DNA from: Nitrosopumilus sp.
GTDB taxonomy: Archaea > Thermoproteota > Nitrososphaeria > Nitrososphaerales > Nitrosopumilaceae
Assembly: GCA_965218785.1 (NCBI GenBank)
Contig: OZ244650.1
Location: forward strand, 1,728,001 to 1,792,000
Direction of reading: 5' to 3'
DNA: 64,000 nucleotides
The translations under genes were made by a program, and so were the position numbers. Every line of letters starts with the position of its first letter. Within the stretch, counting starts at the first letter, position 1. Positions 35,817-46,025 of the stretch are shown here, piece by piece. Under the pieces are notes generated by a model. That model ran no database searches, was not told the DNA's origin, and worked only from the letters and a program-made list of their open reading frames with translations.

Positions 35817-36308
35817 ATGCCAATAGCAGAAAATTTTCCTGAAGGCCTAAATCCATTGGGTAAGATCTCAATATCTGATGGAAATTTCCACATCATGTGG
35901 GGTCCAGGAAGAACAGACGCCGAGGCATTCAAAGACGATGATGTGGTAGCAGCATACAAAGCGAGAGGGGAAGAACAAGTTCCTCTGGGTGTTAGCGGGA
36001 CAATGGTCGCAGTTGATTGGGACTCTTGTGTTGCAGATGGTGCATGTATTGAGGCCTGTCCGGTTCAGGTGTTCCAGTGGTATAGAACCGAAAAAGACAT
36101 TCCCGCAAAAGACATAGTTGGCCAAACCTTTGAGGGGACTGGCAGCGATGTCAAAGACGAGAGAAAGGATCTAACTGACAAGGCAGATCCAATAAGGGAG
36201 CATGATTGTATTTGGTGTATGGCATGTGTTTCAGTTTGTCCTCCTAATGCCATCAAAGTCGATCAATCAAATGTCGAGGCACACGAAAAAGCAGCTAAAA
36301 CATTATAA
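35817..36308 (+). CDS. Dicluster ferredoxin (zinc-containing ferredoxin family)
   Basis: VDWDSCVADGACIEACP and CIWCMACVSVCP. Confidence 0.93.
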   Translation: MPIAENFPEGLNPLGKISISDGNFHIMWGPGRTDAEAFKDDDVVAAYKARGEEQVPLGVSGTMVAVDWDSCVADGACIEACPVQVFQWYRTEKDIPAKDIVGQTFEGTGSDVKDERKDLTDKADPIREHDCIWCMACVSVCPPNAIKVDQSNVEAHEKAAKTL

Positions 36309-36371
36309 AATAAAGATTTAGTTGAGACTAATTTTATCTAACTTTAAATAATATTTCAAAATAATCCTATC

Positions 36372-36917
36372 ATGGTAGAATTAGTAATACCAGAGGACTT
36401 TTGTCACAATGATGTAAAGCCTGTCGGAAAGACAAAGCATTCTGATGGGGAAAATAAACATTTTATCTGGGGCAAAGGTAGCAAAAAAGGTGCGGCATTC
36501 TCAAATGACGACGTAAAAGCAGCTTATGAGGAAAAAGGGGAAAAACAAGTTCCTCTTGGAATTCATGGAACCACGGTTGCAGTCGATTGGGATTCATGTG
36601 TTGCAGCAGGCTCATGCATGAGTGTGTGTCCTGTTCAAACATTCCAGTGGTACAGAACTGAAAAAGATATTCCGGCAGCAGACTGCCTGGAAGAAACCTT
36701 TGATGGTACTGGTCTAACAGAACAAGATGAAAGATTAGACTATTCAGACAAATCACAGCCAATCAGAGAACATGATTGTACTGTTTGTATGGCATGTCAA
36801 GAAATCTGTCCTGAAGGTGCAATTAGAATTGAAGCATCTAACCAAGAATGGCACGAGAAAGCCGATGGCACATTTGTAAAAATGACAGGCGGCGGCGGCC
36901 CACACTCACACGATTAA
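36372..36917 (+). CDS. Dicluster ferredoxin paralogue
   Basis: DWDSCVAAGSCMSVCP and CTVCMACQEICP. Confidence 0.93.
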   Translation: MVELVIPEDFCHNDVKPVGKTKHSDGENKHFIWGKGSKKGAAFSNDDVKAAYEEKGEKQVPLGIHGTTVAVDWDSCVAAGSCMSVCPVQTFQWYRTEKDIPAADCLEETFDGTGLTEQDERLDYSDKSQPIREHDCTVCMACQEICPEGAIRIEASNQEWHEKADGTFVKMTGGGGPHSHD

Positions 36918-36990
36918 AGAAATTTTTTCTTTTTTCTTATTTTTCTATTTTACCTCAACAGATTTTAATCACGTTTTTACACTACTTTCT

Positions 36991-37074
36991 GCAGAGGTCG
37001 CCTAGCTCGGTAGGGCGCGGGCCTTGAGAGCCTGTGTGCGCAAGCATACGGGGGTTCAAATCCCTCTCTCTGCG
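36991..37074 (+). tRNA. tRNA-Ser(UGA)
   Basis: GCAGAGG acceptor stem, anticodon loop CTTGAGA, long variable arm, GTTCAAATCC. Confidence 0.95.
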
Positions 37075-37077
37075 CTT

Positions 37078-38028
37078 TTATTTTTCTAGATTTGCAAGTT
37101 CGGCCAACATTGCAGATAATTGAATCTCAGAATTTGCTCCAACTAGAATTCTATAATCATACTTTGCAATTACAGTTAGAATTTCAGCCAGTTTGACATG
37201 CTTTGATTTGAAGACCGCGGAATTAAGATATTTGAGAAAATCAGATTCAGACATTCCATAAACTTTGATTAATTCGATCATCTTCTCTCTGGCTTCTGTA
37301 ACCTTGCCAGATAATGTAATTTTTAGAACGTCATCAACATCACTGGTTTTTGTCAGACCCGCAGAAGATTTTACATTCTCTTCTGTAACTCCGCCAAGAC
37401 TTGCAGTTGCCTGCATCAGATTAATTGCATGTCTCAAGTCCCCCTCGGAATATTCATAAATTGCCTTGAGACCATTTTTGTCTGCTTTCACTTTTTCTTT
37501 TTTTGCAATCTCTTCTAGTCTTGGAATTACATCTTCCTCAGAAATTGATGTGAACTTGAAGGTAGCACATCTGCTTTGAATAGGTTCAATAATTTTTGAC
37601 ACGTTATTTGCAATTAGAATAAATCGGCAGATTTTTGCAGTATCTTCTATAATTCGCCTTAATGCCGTTTGAGCATCCGAAGTCATCTCGTCTGCTTCAT
37701 CTAAGATGATTATCTTAAATGGCACATCGGACATTCCTGCATATCTTGAAAATTTCTTGACCTTTTCTCTGACCATTCCAATTCCTCGCTCATCAGACGC
37801 ATTTAGCTCAAGGGTATGATCCCTAGAATAATCCCCCAAAACCTGTCTGGTAAGACACAGTGCGGTAGTTGTTTTTCCAACTCCGGCAGAACCTGAAAAC
37901 AGCAAGTGAGGCATATCTGTTGGATCCTTGATTAGCGCCTCTAAACTTCCAATAATTTCAGTCTGATTTACGATCTCTGAGAGCTTTGTTGGTCGGTATT
38001 TTTCTACCCACATACCTGCCGTAGACAT
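37078..38028 (-). CDS. rfcS: Replication factor C small subunit
   Basis: WVEKYRP, GSAGVGKTT, LELNASDERG, DEAD and SRC motifs. Confidence 0.97.
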   Translation of the reverse strand: MSTAGMWVEKYRPTKLSEIVNQTEIIGSLEALIKDPTDMPHLLFSGSAGVGKTTTALCLTRQVLGDYSRDHTLELNASDERGIGMVREKVKKFSRYAGMSDVPFKIIILDEADEMTSDAQTALRRIIEDTAKICRFILIANNVSKIIEPIQSRCATFKFTSISEEDVIPRLEEIAKKEKVKADKNGLKAIYEYSEGDLRHAINLMQATASLGGVTEENVKSSAGLTKTSDVDDVLKITLSGKVTEAREKMIELIKVYGMSESDFLKYLNSAVFKSKHVKLAEILTVIAKYDYRILVGANSEIQLSAMLAELANLEK

Positions 38029-38107
38029 ATGTTGATTAGATTCAGATCCCATTAATAAATCCGAATTGGTTATTATATCATACACCGCAAATTAAAACTA
38101 GTCGTGC

Positions 38108-38214
38108 TATAATATAGCGATCAGCCTGAGATCAGATAGGATCAATTGATCTAACTAAATTGTTAATAGAAATGATCGATCCAATTCATGAGGATCCAAG
38201 GGAGGATCAAGATC
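38108..38214 (+). promoter_or_regulatory. TATA-like box followed by a dense GATC cluster upstream of gins
   Basis: tataatata at ~38108, then GATC at 38119, 38130, 38140, 38148, 38174, 38178, 38193, 38205 and 38211. Confidence 0.7.
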
Positions 38215-38218
38215 TCGT

Positions 38219-38749
38219 ATGGAAATTGATAATATAGAAAAAGTACACTCGATTGGGAACCGCCTAAAGGATGCCAAGGTTACAGTTAATCAGGATTTCA
38301 AGTTCAATGTGGCCGGAATCAAGACCGAAGGCAAACAGGGTGATGTGAACAATATGCCCCAGTGGGTCGGAAAGATACTCTCCGATAACAACATGGTAAC
38401 AATAGAGTCTCAGGATATGATCACTGAACTAAAGCAGGCATTATCAAAAGAAAAGATGGTAGGCGAGTACCAAATCTCAACATTAGAGCCCCATTTTTAC
38501 ATCAAACTAAAAGAATCCATGAAAGAACTGAATCAGCATGATTTTGACAAGGTTGAAAGTATTATGATACAATTGTTTAGAATGAGAAGAGGCAAGCTGG
38601 TAAAGATGGCCGATTCAATTAAACTAAACTCTGAACTCTACAACAAGCTAACTGTTGAAGAAAACATATTTTACAAAACTATCCGTGAAAATAGCATAGA
38701 GTTTGAAAAGCAGGTAATGGGAGATACAGATGAGCAGAGTTCAGACTAG
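38219..38749 (+). CDS. GINS complex subunit (Gins23-type)
   Basis: Directly upstream of mcm; MPQWVG, HFY, RRGKL and LTVEE..FY patterns. Confidence 0.85.
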   Translation: MEIDNIEKVHSIGNRLKDAKVTVNQDFKFNVAGIKTEGKQGDVNNMPQWVGKILSDNNMVTIESQDMITELKQALSKEKMVGEYQISTLEPHFYIKLKESMKELNQHDFDKVESIMIQLFRMRRGKLVKMADSIKLNSELYNKLTVEENIFYKTIRENSIEFEKQVMGDTDEQSSD

Positions 38750-40817
38750 TACATTTACAGATTCTGCATTATCAGATAAAGTAAAAGAATTCCTAATCCA
38801 ATTCAAAGACAAGTATGGCAATTACAAGTACGTAGATGCAATCGACGAGATGATGCCAAAGAATGCAAAATACATTATCGTTGATTACAATGACTTGGTG
38901 TATGAGCCAGAGATTGAGATTATATTTTCTGAAAATCCTGATAGAATATTTGATGCGTTCTCCAGGGCAATCAAGGAAGCGTTACAAACAAGATTTCCCG
39001 ATTATGCTGAAAAGATAAGTGATGAAGTTCGTGTCAGACTGGTAAACTATCCATTAGAACGCAGTCTAAGACAAATCAATGCTGAGACCATTGGAAAAAT
39101 CACCAGTGTTTCAGGAATGGTAGTTAGGGCATCAGAAGTAAAGCCACTTGCAAAAGAACTAGTCTTTGTATGTCCTGACGAGCATCCAACCATAGTGTAT
39201 CAGCTAAAGGGAATGGATGTCAAGATTCCAGTAGTATGTAATAATCCAAATTGTAAACACAGAGACTTTGAGTTAAAACCAGAAGCAAGCAAGTTTATCG
39301 ATTTTCAGATTCTCCGGTTACAGGAACTTCCAGAGGATTTGCCTCCAGGACAACTTCCCCACTATATTGACGTCACAATTAGGCAGGATCTGGTGGATAA
39401 TGCACGCCCTGGAGACAGGATTATCCTCACAGGTATAGTCAGAATTGAACAAGAATCCGTCTTGGGCGTTCAGAGGGGCCACAGTGGATTATACAGATTA
39501 AGGATTGAGGGAAACAACATTGAGTTTTTGGGAGGACGCGGTGCAAAGACCTCAAGAAAGATAGAAAGGGAAGAGATTTCTCCCGAGGAAGAAAGACAGA
39601 TTCGTGCGTTAAGTCAGAGCAATGACGTGTATCAGAGATTAATTGATTCGTTTGCACCACACATTCAAGGTCAGTCACTAATCAAGGAAGCTATCCTGTT
39701 ACTCATTGTCGGTTCTAATCAAAGACTGTTAGGTGACGGAAGTAAGATTAGGGGGGACATTAACATATTTCTAGTCGGAGATCCAGGTACTGCAAAGTCT
39801 GAGATGCTAAAGTTTTGTGCAAGAATTGCTCCAAGGGGTCTGTATACATCCGGCAGAGGTTCTACTGCCGCCGGTCTTACAGCAGCTGTTGTCAAAGACA
39901 AGACAGGAATTATGATGTTAGAAGCAGGTGCAGTCGTCCTCGGAGATCAAGGATTGGTGAGCATAGACGAATTTGACAAGATGAAGCCCGAGGACAGAAG
40001 TGCATTGCACGAAGTTATGGAACAACAGTCTGCAAGCATTGCAAAGGGCGGTATTGTTGCCACACTAAATGCCAGAACCTCAATTTTAGCTGCTGCAAAC
40101 CCAATGTATGGAAAGTATGATCCCTTCAAAAACATTACAGAAAATGTAAACTTGCCAATTCCATTACTGACTAGATTTGACTTGATATTTGTTGTAAGAG
40201 ATATTCCGACCAGAGAAAAAGACGAAAAGATTGCAAGACACATTATAGAACTGCATACTCCGCAGGGAACAGACAAGCGTTCTGTAATTGACGTTGATTT
40301 CCTGACAAAATATCTGGCACATGCAAAACGTGGCACTCCTGATTTGACAAAGGAGGCAGAAGAAAAAATTCTGGATTATTATCTTCATATGAGAAATGTG
40401 GAATCCGAAGAGATGATTACAGTTACACCAAGACAGTTGGAGGGAATCATCAGGCTATCTACTGCCAGGGCAAGATTACTCATGAAAAACAAGGTGGAAG
40501 AAGAGGATGCAGAGCGTGCAATCTTCCTTATTCAGAGCATGCTGCAAGATGCAGGAGTTGATGTCAACACCGGAAAGGTAGACCTTGGAGTATTGCAAGG
40601 AAAGCCAAGAAGCGAGGTCTCAAAGATGCAGTTATTCATGGATGTGCTCAAGGGTCTTGAAGGGGATAACAAGGTAGCAGTAGAAGAAAAGTCATTTGTA
40701 AAAGAACTAGAAAAGACTGAAAAATTTACTGAAGAAGAGGCAAGAACCTATATCAGAAGAATGCTCAGAGAAGCATCTATTTATGAATCAAAACCCGGTC
40801 ATTATAACCGGGTATGA
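38730..40817 (+). CDS. mcm: Replicative helicase MCM
   Basis: GDPGTAKS, IDEFDKM, AAANP and LLTRFDL; no intein. Confidence 0.98.
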   Translation: MSRVQTSTFTDSALSDKVKEFLIQFKDKYGNYKYVDAIDEMMPKNAKYIIVDYNDLVYEPEIEIIFSENPDRIFDAFSRAIKEALQTRFPDYAEKISDEVRVRLVNYPLERSLRQINAETIGKITSVSGMVVRASEVKPLAKELVFVCPDEHPTIVYQLKGMDVKIPVVCNNPNCKHRDFELKPEASKFIDFQILRLQELPEDLPPGQLPHYIDVTIRQDLVDNARPGDRIILTGIVRIEQESVLGVQRGHSGLYRLRIEGNNIEFLGGRGAKTSRKIEREEISPEEERQIRALSQSNDVYQRLIDSFAPHIQGQSLIKEAILLLIVGSNQRLLGDGSKIRGDINIFLVGDPGTAKSEMLKFCARIAPRGLYTSGRGSTAAGLTAAVVKDKTGIMMLEAGAVVLGDQGLVSIDEFDKMKPEDRSALHEVMEQQSASIAKGGIVATLNARTSILAAANPMYGKYDPFKNITENVNLPIPLLTRFDLIFVVRDIPTREKDEKIARHIIELHTPQGTDKRSVIDVDFLTKYLAHAKRGTPDLTKEAEEKILDYYLHMRNVESEEMITVTPRQLEGIIRLSTARARLLMKNKVEEEDAERAIFLIQSMLQDAGVDVNTGKVDLGVLQGKPRSEVSKMQLFMDVLKGLEGDNKVAVEEKSFVKELEKTEKFTEEEARTYIRRMLREASIYESKPGHYNRV

Positions 40818-42940
40818 AAATAGAGAAATTAGATATTCCTGATTCAGCAATCGAGTTTTTACAATCACAGGGATTTGAAAAGTTGTATCCACCACAAGCT
40901 GATAGTGTAAAATCCGGATTATTAGATGGAACAAGTATTCTGGTTTCTGCCTCTACTGCAAGTGGAAAGACACTGATTGCAATGCTGGCAATGATCAGTT
41001 ATCTTTCAAAAAATAACGGCAAGGTGGTTTATCTTAGTCCATTACGTGCACTAGCTGCTGAAAAATTCTCAGAGTTTAAAAAATTAGAAAAAGTCGCCAT
41101 TGGAAATAAAATAAAGGTTGCAATATCAACAGGTGATTTTGAAACAATTGAAAAAAATCTAGAAAAAAGTAACGTATTGATTTTAACAAATGAAAAAATG
41201 GATTCCATAATTCGACATGGTTCTGAATGGATTGATGAAATCGGTTTGGTAATATCTGATGAAATTCATTTGATTGGTGATGAAAATAGAGGACCGACAC
41301 TTGAAATGATCCTTACGCAACTCAAACTATTAGAAACAAAACCTCAGATTGTCGGTCTTAGTGCGACAATTACTAATTCTGATGAGATTGCAGATTGGCT
41401 TGGCTGTAAACTAGTCAAAAATGACTGGAGGCCTGTTCCACTATCTGAGGGAGTCTGTGATGAAGGTCAGGTTACAATGGGTGATGGTAAGACCTTTGAA
41501 GTTGAACGTAGCCTGATGGGAACTCCAATTGATTTAGGAGTGCAATCAGTGTATCAGGGGGGGCAGTCTCTAGTGTTTGCAGAAACTAGGGTCCGCTCAA
41601 AATCGCTTGCAACAAAAGCAGCAGATGCCATATTTCGGATATTAGAAAAAAAAGAAATTTCTAAACTGGAAAAAACATCAAAAAAACTTTTATCAGAAAA
41701 TGAACACACCGAACTAGTCAAAACACTGGCACTGCTAGTAAAAAAAGGAGTTGCTTTTCATCATGCAGGACTAAATCAAAAGTGCAGAGAAACAATAGAG
41801 ACGGAATTCCGTAACGGTACAATCAAATTGCTGTCATCTACCCCTACTTTAGCTGCAGGTGTCAATCTTCCTGCAAGACGAGTCATAATATCAAATATCA
41901 ACAGGTATAACGCCAAAGTTGGTGCAAACAGACCAATTAGTATTTTGGAATACAAACAGCTTTGTGGAAGGGCCGGAAGGCCACAATACGATGATTATGG
42001 AGAATCAATTATTGTTGGAAATGGAAATACCAAAGAGCTAACTGAATACTACATTAACGGAGAACCAGAAGCAATCGAGTCAAAAATTACAGATGACAAA
42101 TCTTTACGAACCCACATACTCAGTGTCATAGTTACACATCCGGGAATTAAGAATGAAGAAATTCTAGAGTTCTTTTTGCAGACCCTGGGTGGATTACAAT
42201 CAAGAAAAGCTACAATAAAATTTATGATTGGCATTTCATTACGATTTCTTTCAAGCAAGCTTTTGATAGTTAAAAAAGGTAAAAGATACGCTGCTACGGA
42301 ATTTGGAAAAAAGACATCCATGCTGTACATTGATCCATTAACTGCAACATACTTTAGGGATTCAATTGAAAACGTATCTCAAGAAAGAAAACACACTTTT
42401 GGATTTTTGCATTTGATTACAGATTGTGAAGAATTTTTCCCAAAATTTTCACTTCGACAAAAAGATTATGAGGCTGCCAGTTTGATGATTGAAAACAATT
42501 CATCCCAGTTGCTAGAGCCGATTTCAGAGTATGACTGCTCAAGAAGCCTTTTGGCGTTACAATCATGGATTACAGAATCCACTGAATTATCTCTCTCTGA
42601 CAGCCTCAAAATTGAATCAGGAGACATGCATAGAATGACTGAAAATGCCAATTGGCTATCTTATTGTCTTAGGGAGATCTCCAAGCACGTTGAGAGGGCA
42701 GATTTGCTAGAGGAATTAGGTGATTTGAGAAATAGAATAATTTATGGAATTAGAGAGGAATTACTTGATCTAGTCAGAGTCAAAGGAATTGGAAGAGTCA
42801 GGGCTCGAATTCTATTCAAACATGGCATAAAGAATCTCGATGATTTGAGAAAAATTCCGGTAAATAAATTAGGAGAGATTGATAAAATTGGTTCAACCAT
42901 TGCAGATAACATAAAGACAGAGTTACAAAAGGTTAGATAA
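40814..42940 (+). CDS. hel308: Ski2-like DEAD/H helicase Hel308
   Basis: TASGKT, DEIH, SAT, FHHAGL, TLAAGVNLPA, GRAGRP and a C-terminal HhH. Confidence 0.93.
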   Translation: MKIEKLDIPDSAIEFLQSQGFEKLYPPQADSVKSGLLDGTSILVSASTASGKTLIAMLAMISYLSKNNGKVVYLSPLRALAAEKFSEFKKLEKVAIGNKIKVAISTGDFETIEKNLEKSNVLILTNEKMDSIIRHGSEWIDEIGLVISDEIHLIGDENRGPTLEMILTQLKLLETKPQIVGLSATITNSDEIADWLGCKLVKNDWRPVPLSEGVCDEGQVTMGDGKTFEVERSLMGTPIDLGVQSVYQGGQSLVFAETRVRSKSLATKAADAIFRILEKKEISKLEKTSKKLLSENEHTELVKTLALLVKKGVAFHHAGLNQKCRETIETEFRNGTIKLLSSTPTLAAGVNLPARRVIISNINRYNAKVGANRPISILEYKQLCGRAGRPQYDDYGESIIVGNGNTKELTEYYINGEPEAIESKITDDKSLRTHILSVIVTHPGIKNEEILEFFLQTLGGLQSRKATIKFMIGISLRFLSSKLLIVKKGKRYAATEFGKKTSMLYIDPLTATYFRDSIENVSQERKHTFGFLHLITDCEEFFPKFSLRQKDYEAASLMIENNSSQLLEPISEYDCSRSLLALQSWITESTELSLSDSLKIESGDMHRMTENANWLSYCLREISKHVERADLLEELGDLRNRIIYGIREELLDLVRVKGIGRVRARILFKHGIKNLDDLRKIPVNKLGEIDKIGSTIADNIKTELQKVR

Positions 42941-43936
42941 TTGATTAATTTACTGATTCCAGCTATAGTTTCTTGCATTGTTGCATTTTTTGTGGTATTT
43001 CTTTTGACTCCCCCGCTAATCAAAATTTTAGAAAAAAGAAATCTCGCAGTAAAAGACATCAGCAAGAAAGGGGATGTCATGGTGGTAAGACCCGGAGGTC
43101 CTGTAATTCTTGCAGGAATTATCGCATCAGAGATTATTCTTTATGCGTTTTTACAGATGAATGAAATTCTTGCCATACTAATCACAACGTCTGCCGCATG
43201 CGTCATAGGATATATTGATGATCGAAAAGTAATGGGTGGATGGTTCAAACCCATTGCACTTGCACTAGCTGCAATTCCCATTATTGCTCTTGGCGGGTAT
43301 GACACTAATCTTGCCTTTCCATTATTTGGAACGGTACAAATTCCGGTGCTGTATCTTGCAATAATTATATTTATGATACCTATTACTGGAAATACAATCA
43401 ACTCTATTGATGTTTTAAACGGTGTCGCAAGCGGATTCATGGTAATTGCTAGTTTCTCGCTGTCTCTTTGTTTATTCATTGTACAAAACTATGAGATTGC
43501 AGTTGTGAGTCTGCCGCTTGGGTTTGTTTCATTGGCATTTTACAAATACCATAAAATTCCAAGCAGGATTTTTCCAGGGGATTCTGGAGCACTAACACTA
43601 GGTGCAATGTATGGCGTTATTGCAATTGTTGGTGGCGTGGAGATTATCGCGGCAGTTGCCCTTTTACCGGCAGTTATCAACTCATTTTTGTTCCTATCAA
43701 GCGTAAAACGAGTCGTAGAACACAGGCAGATCAAGAGAAAACCCGTAGAATATACCGATGATTTTCGACTAAAAACAACTGATGATAAAAAGGCACCTGT
43801 TACTTTGGTGAGATTAATTCTTGCAGGCGGTGAACCAATGACTGAAAAACAAGTAGGAACTGCAATTTTCAAACTAGCGGTATTTTCAGGAGTTTTAGCT
43901 GTGATTACTGCATTTATGACGGTGTTTCTGATTTGA
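42941..43936 (+). CDS. UDP-GlcNAc:polyprenyl-phosphate GlcNAc-1-P transferase (GT4/MraY family)
   Basis: GYIDD, NTINSIDVLNG and IFPGDSG; multiple TM segments. Confidence 0.92.
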   Translation: MINLLIPAIVSCIVAFFVVFLLTPPLIKILEKRNLAVKDISKKGDVMVVRPGGPVILAGIIASEIILYAFLQMNEILAILITTSAACVIGYIDDRKVMGGWFKPIALALAAIPIIALGGYDTNLAFPLFGTVQIPVLYLAIIIFMIPITGNTINSIDVLNGVASGFMVIASFSLSLCLFIVQNYEIAVVSLPLGFVSLAFYKYHKIPSRIFPGDSGALTLGAMYGVIAIVGGVEIIAAVALLPAVINSFLFLSSVKRVVEHRQIKRKPVEYTDDFRLKTTDDKKAPVTLVRLILAGGEPMTEKQVGTAIFKLAVFSGVLAVITAFMTVFLI

Positions 43937-44160
43937 AAAATCCAGATATTTTCATATTTTTGTTTGCAATGTGGTGTTTGTTAATTTTAGGTGGTGGAAT
44001 TCTAGTTTTGATTTTAGGACCAATTTCGATCTCCGGCTATGGTGATTTTGATTATTTTCTCACATCAGGATTAAAAGCCATTATTGCAATTGTTCTAGTA
44101 ATAATTTGGATAATTGTTTTGTCTAAAATGAAAAACAAGATTTTCAACAAAAAAATCTAA
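43933..44160 (+). CDS. Small two-TM membrane protein
   Basis: Two hydrophobic helices; overlaps the upstream stop codon. Confidence 0.7.
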   Translation: MKNPDIFIFLFAMWCLLILGGGILVLILGPISISGYGDFDYFLTSGLKAIIAIVLVIIWIIVLSKMKNKIFNKKI

Positions 44161-44168
44161 TTTTTAAA

Positions 44169-44750
44169 TCAGGTCTTTCCTATTATTTTACCTACTATTG
44201 TATTGTCTGCCCTAACATGAGAATTTGGAGGAATGTTTTTTGTGATTAGACAGCACATATCAATTAGAGAATTTTCTCCAACTCTCACTCCCGGAGCCAG
44301 TCCAACATTCACTCCAATTCTTACCCCGTCTTCCACAAATGGCGGATCTCTAGAATCATCTGTAGTGTTTGGATAGCCAAATTTACCTGCGCTTATTTTT
44401 GGAGTATTTGCAGTGTAAAAAAACGGTGCAATAAACACATTGTTTCCTATCTCCACTCCCCATGTAACATGACACTGGGAATGAATTGTAGTCCATGAAC
44501 CAATCTTAACATTTCCTTCCGAGGTGGATAATGTTCCGAAAATGGTGTGATCTCCTATTTTTGTATTTGATTTTAAAACGGCAGATGTGCCAATTATACA
44601 GTTTTCTCCAATTTCACAATTATCGTAAATTACTACTCCCGGTTCTAATTTTGTATTTTTTCCAATTTTTATTTTTGAAGTATTGTCAAAATATTCATCA
44701 TTGAATTTCCTACTTTTTTCTACAATATGCAACATGTTATAATGACACAC
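44169..44750 (-). CDS. Hexapeptide-repeat acyltransferase
   Basis: Repeated [IV]G.N..I hexapeptides. Confidence 0.88.
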   Translation of the reverse strand: MCHYNMLHIVEKSRKFNDEYFDNTSKIKIGKNTKLEPGVVIYDNCEIGENCIIGTSAVLKSNTKIGDHTIFGTLSTSEGNVKIGSWTTIHSQCHVTWGVEIGNNVFIAPFFYTANTPKISAGKFGYPNTTDDSRDPPFVEDGVRIGVNVGLAPGVRVGENSLIDMCCLITKNIPPNSHVRADNTIVGKIIGKT

Positions 44751-44823
44751 AACTGAAATTTAATTAATACTTTGTTGATGGACAATTAGGCCGTTTTTAA
44801 TCAAATCTTACATCCTGGCTGAA

Positions 44824-45093
44824 TTAAATATGCCATGGCATTCCTGCAGTTAAGATTTTTTCAGGTAATTCTTCCTTGTATTTTTTCAGAAAATCTATCT
44901 CCTGTTTTTTATCTCGTAATTCATCAGGCAGCATTATTGGAATTTCCTCAATAATTGGATAAAATCTGGAACATTTTGGACAGAATATCGCCCCTTCTGA
45001 GACAACATTATCTTTTTCCTTAATTTCAAATAATTCTAAAGGATGGTGCTTGTCTATAGGGCATGCCAAAATATCCATCATTGTTTTGTTCAT
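44824..45093 (-). CDS. Trm112 family protein
   Basis: DILACPIDK...CPKC.R.YPI..EIPIML. Confidence 0.92.
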   Translation of the reverse strand: MNKTMMDILACPIDKHHPLELFEIKEKDNVVSEGAIFCPKCSRFYPIIEEIPIMLPDELRDKKQEIDFLKKYKEELPEKILTAGMPWHI

Positions 45094-46025
45094 TTTAGAT
45101 CCAGATAGATAGGAATTCCTTTTTGACTAGATAAAAGTGCAGCTTCTGCAATTTTTGTCACGTTGACTGCCTCTTGTGATTTTACAACTAGAGCATTTTT
45201 GCCCTCAATTGCTCCAAGGAAACTTTGAATTTCCAATAACAGCGGTTCTTGTTTTTCATTTTGGATGGTTTCTGATTCTTCATTTTTTTCTACAATGATT
45301 TCTTGACTGATAAAATCAGATGAAATTATTGCATCAGTACACACGGCATTGAATTTTCGTACTTTTTTTGAGGTAATCCAGTTTGATGATATAATTGCAA
45401 CTTTATCATTTTTGTACCCCAGCATTATACACGCAAAATCTTCGTGTTCATGTTTTATTTTTCCCACTCTTGCAAATACCACTTGTGGCATGTCACTGAA
45501 CAGCCAATTTGCAGTATCAATATCATGAACTGATGTATCATAAATAACTCCAACATCTTTGATGTGAAGAGGCATTCTATTTTCTCTGTGAAATTCAAGC
45601 ATGACTAAATCTCCGTGTTTTTTCTCATTAACCATTTTTTTCACTACATCGACTGCGGGATTGAATCTTTCAATATATCCACAAGTCAGAATCACCTTAT
45701 TTTTTTCCGCTATTTTTGCGAGTTCTTGACCGTCTTCTGATTTGTAAGTCATTGGTTTTTCTACAAAGACGTGTTTTTTTGCCTCTAGTAATTTTTTTGT
45801 AATTTCAGTATGGGTTGATGTGGGAGTTATTACAAATGCGGCATCAAATTCCTCAGCAGCTAGTAATCTGTCTAATGATTCATAGTAATTGACAGAGTGT
45901 TTTTCCCCATACTCTTTACTTTTTTGAAAATCCGAATCACATACAGCTACTAGCACCCCTAGCTGTGACAGAATTCTTGCATGGTTTTTACCCCAGCCAC
46001 CGGTTCCAATTTGAACAATTTTCAT
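45090..46025 (-). CDS. Gfo/Idh/MocA family oxidoreductase
   Basis: IGTGGWGKNH, HVFVEKP, ERFNPAV and DTSVHDID. Confidence 0.93.
   Translation of the reverse strand: MKIVQIGTGGWGKNHARILSQLGVLVAVCDSDFQKSKEYGEKHSVNYYESLDRLLAAEEFDAAFVITPTSTHTEITKKLLEAKKHVFVEKPMTYKSEDGQELAKIAEKNKVILTCGYIERFNPAVDVVKKMVNEKKHGDLVMLEFHRENRMPLHIKDVGVIYDTSVHDIDTANWLFSDMPQVVFARVGKIKHEHEDFACIMLGYKNDKVAIISSNWITSKKVRKFNAVCTDAIISSDFISQEIIVEKNEESETIQNEKQEPLLLEIQSFLGAIEGKNALVVKSQEAVNVTKIAEAALLSSQKGIPIYLDLK

Noticed and set aside
35817-36917. Tandem ferredoxin paralogues as a novelty
   Set aside because: An ordinary paralogue pair within core-genome context; nothing unusual is visible in the sequence.
38730-40817. Intein or viral origin for MCM
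   Set aside because: Normal length and the canonical gins-mcm chromosomal context.
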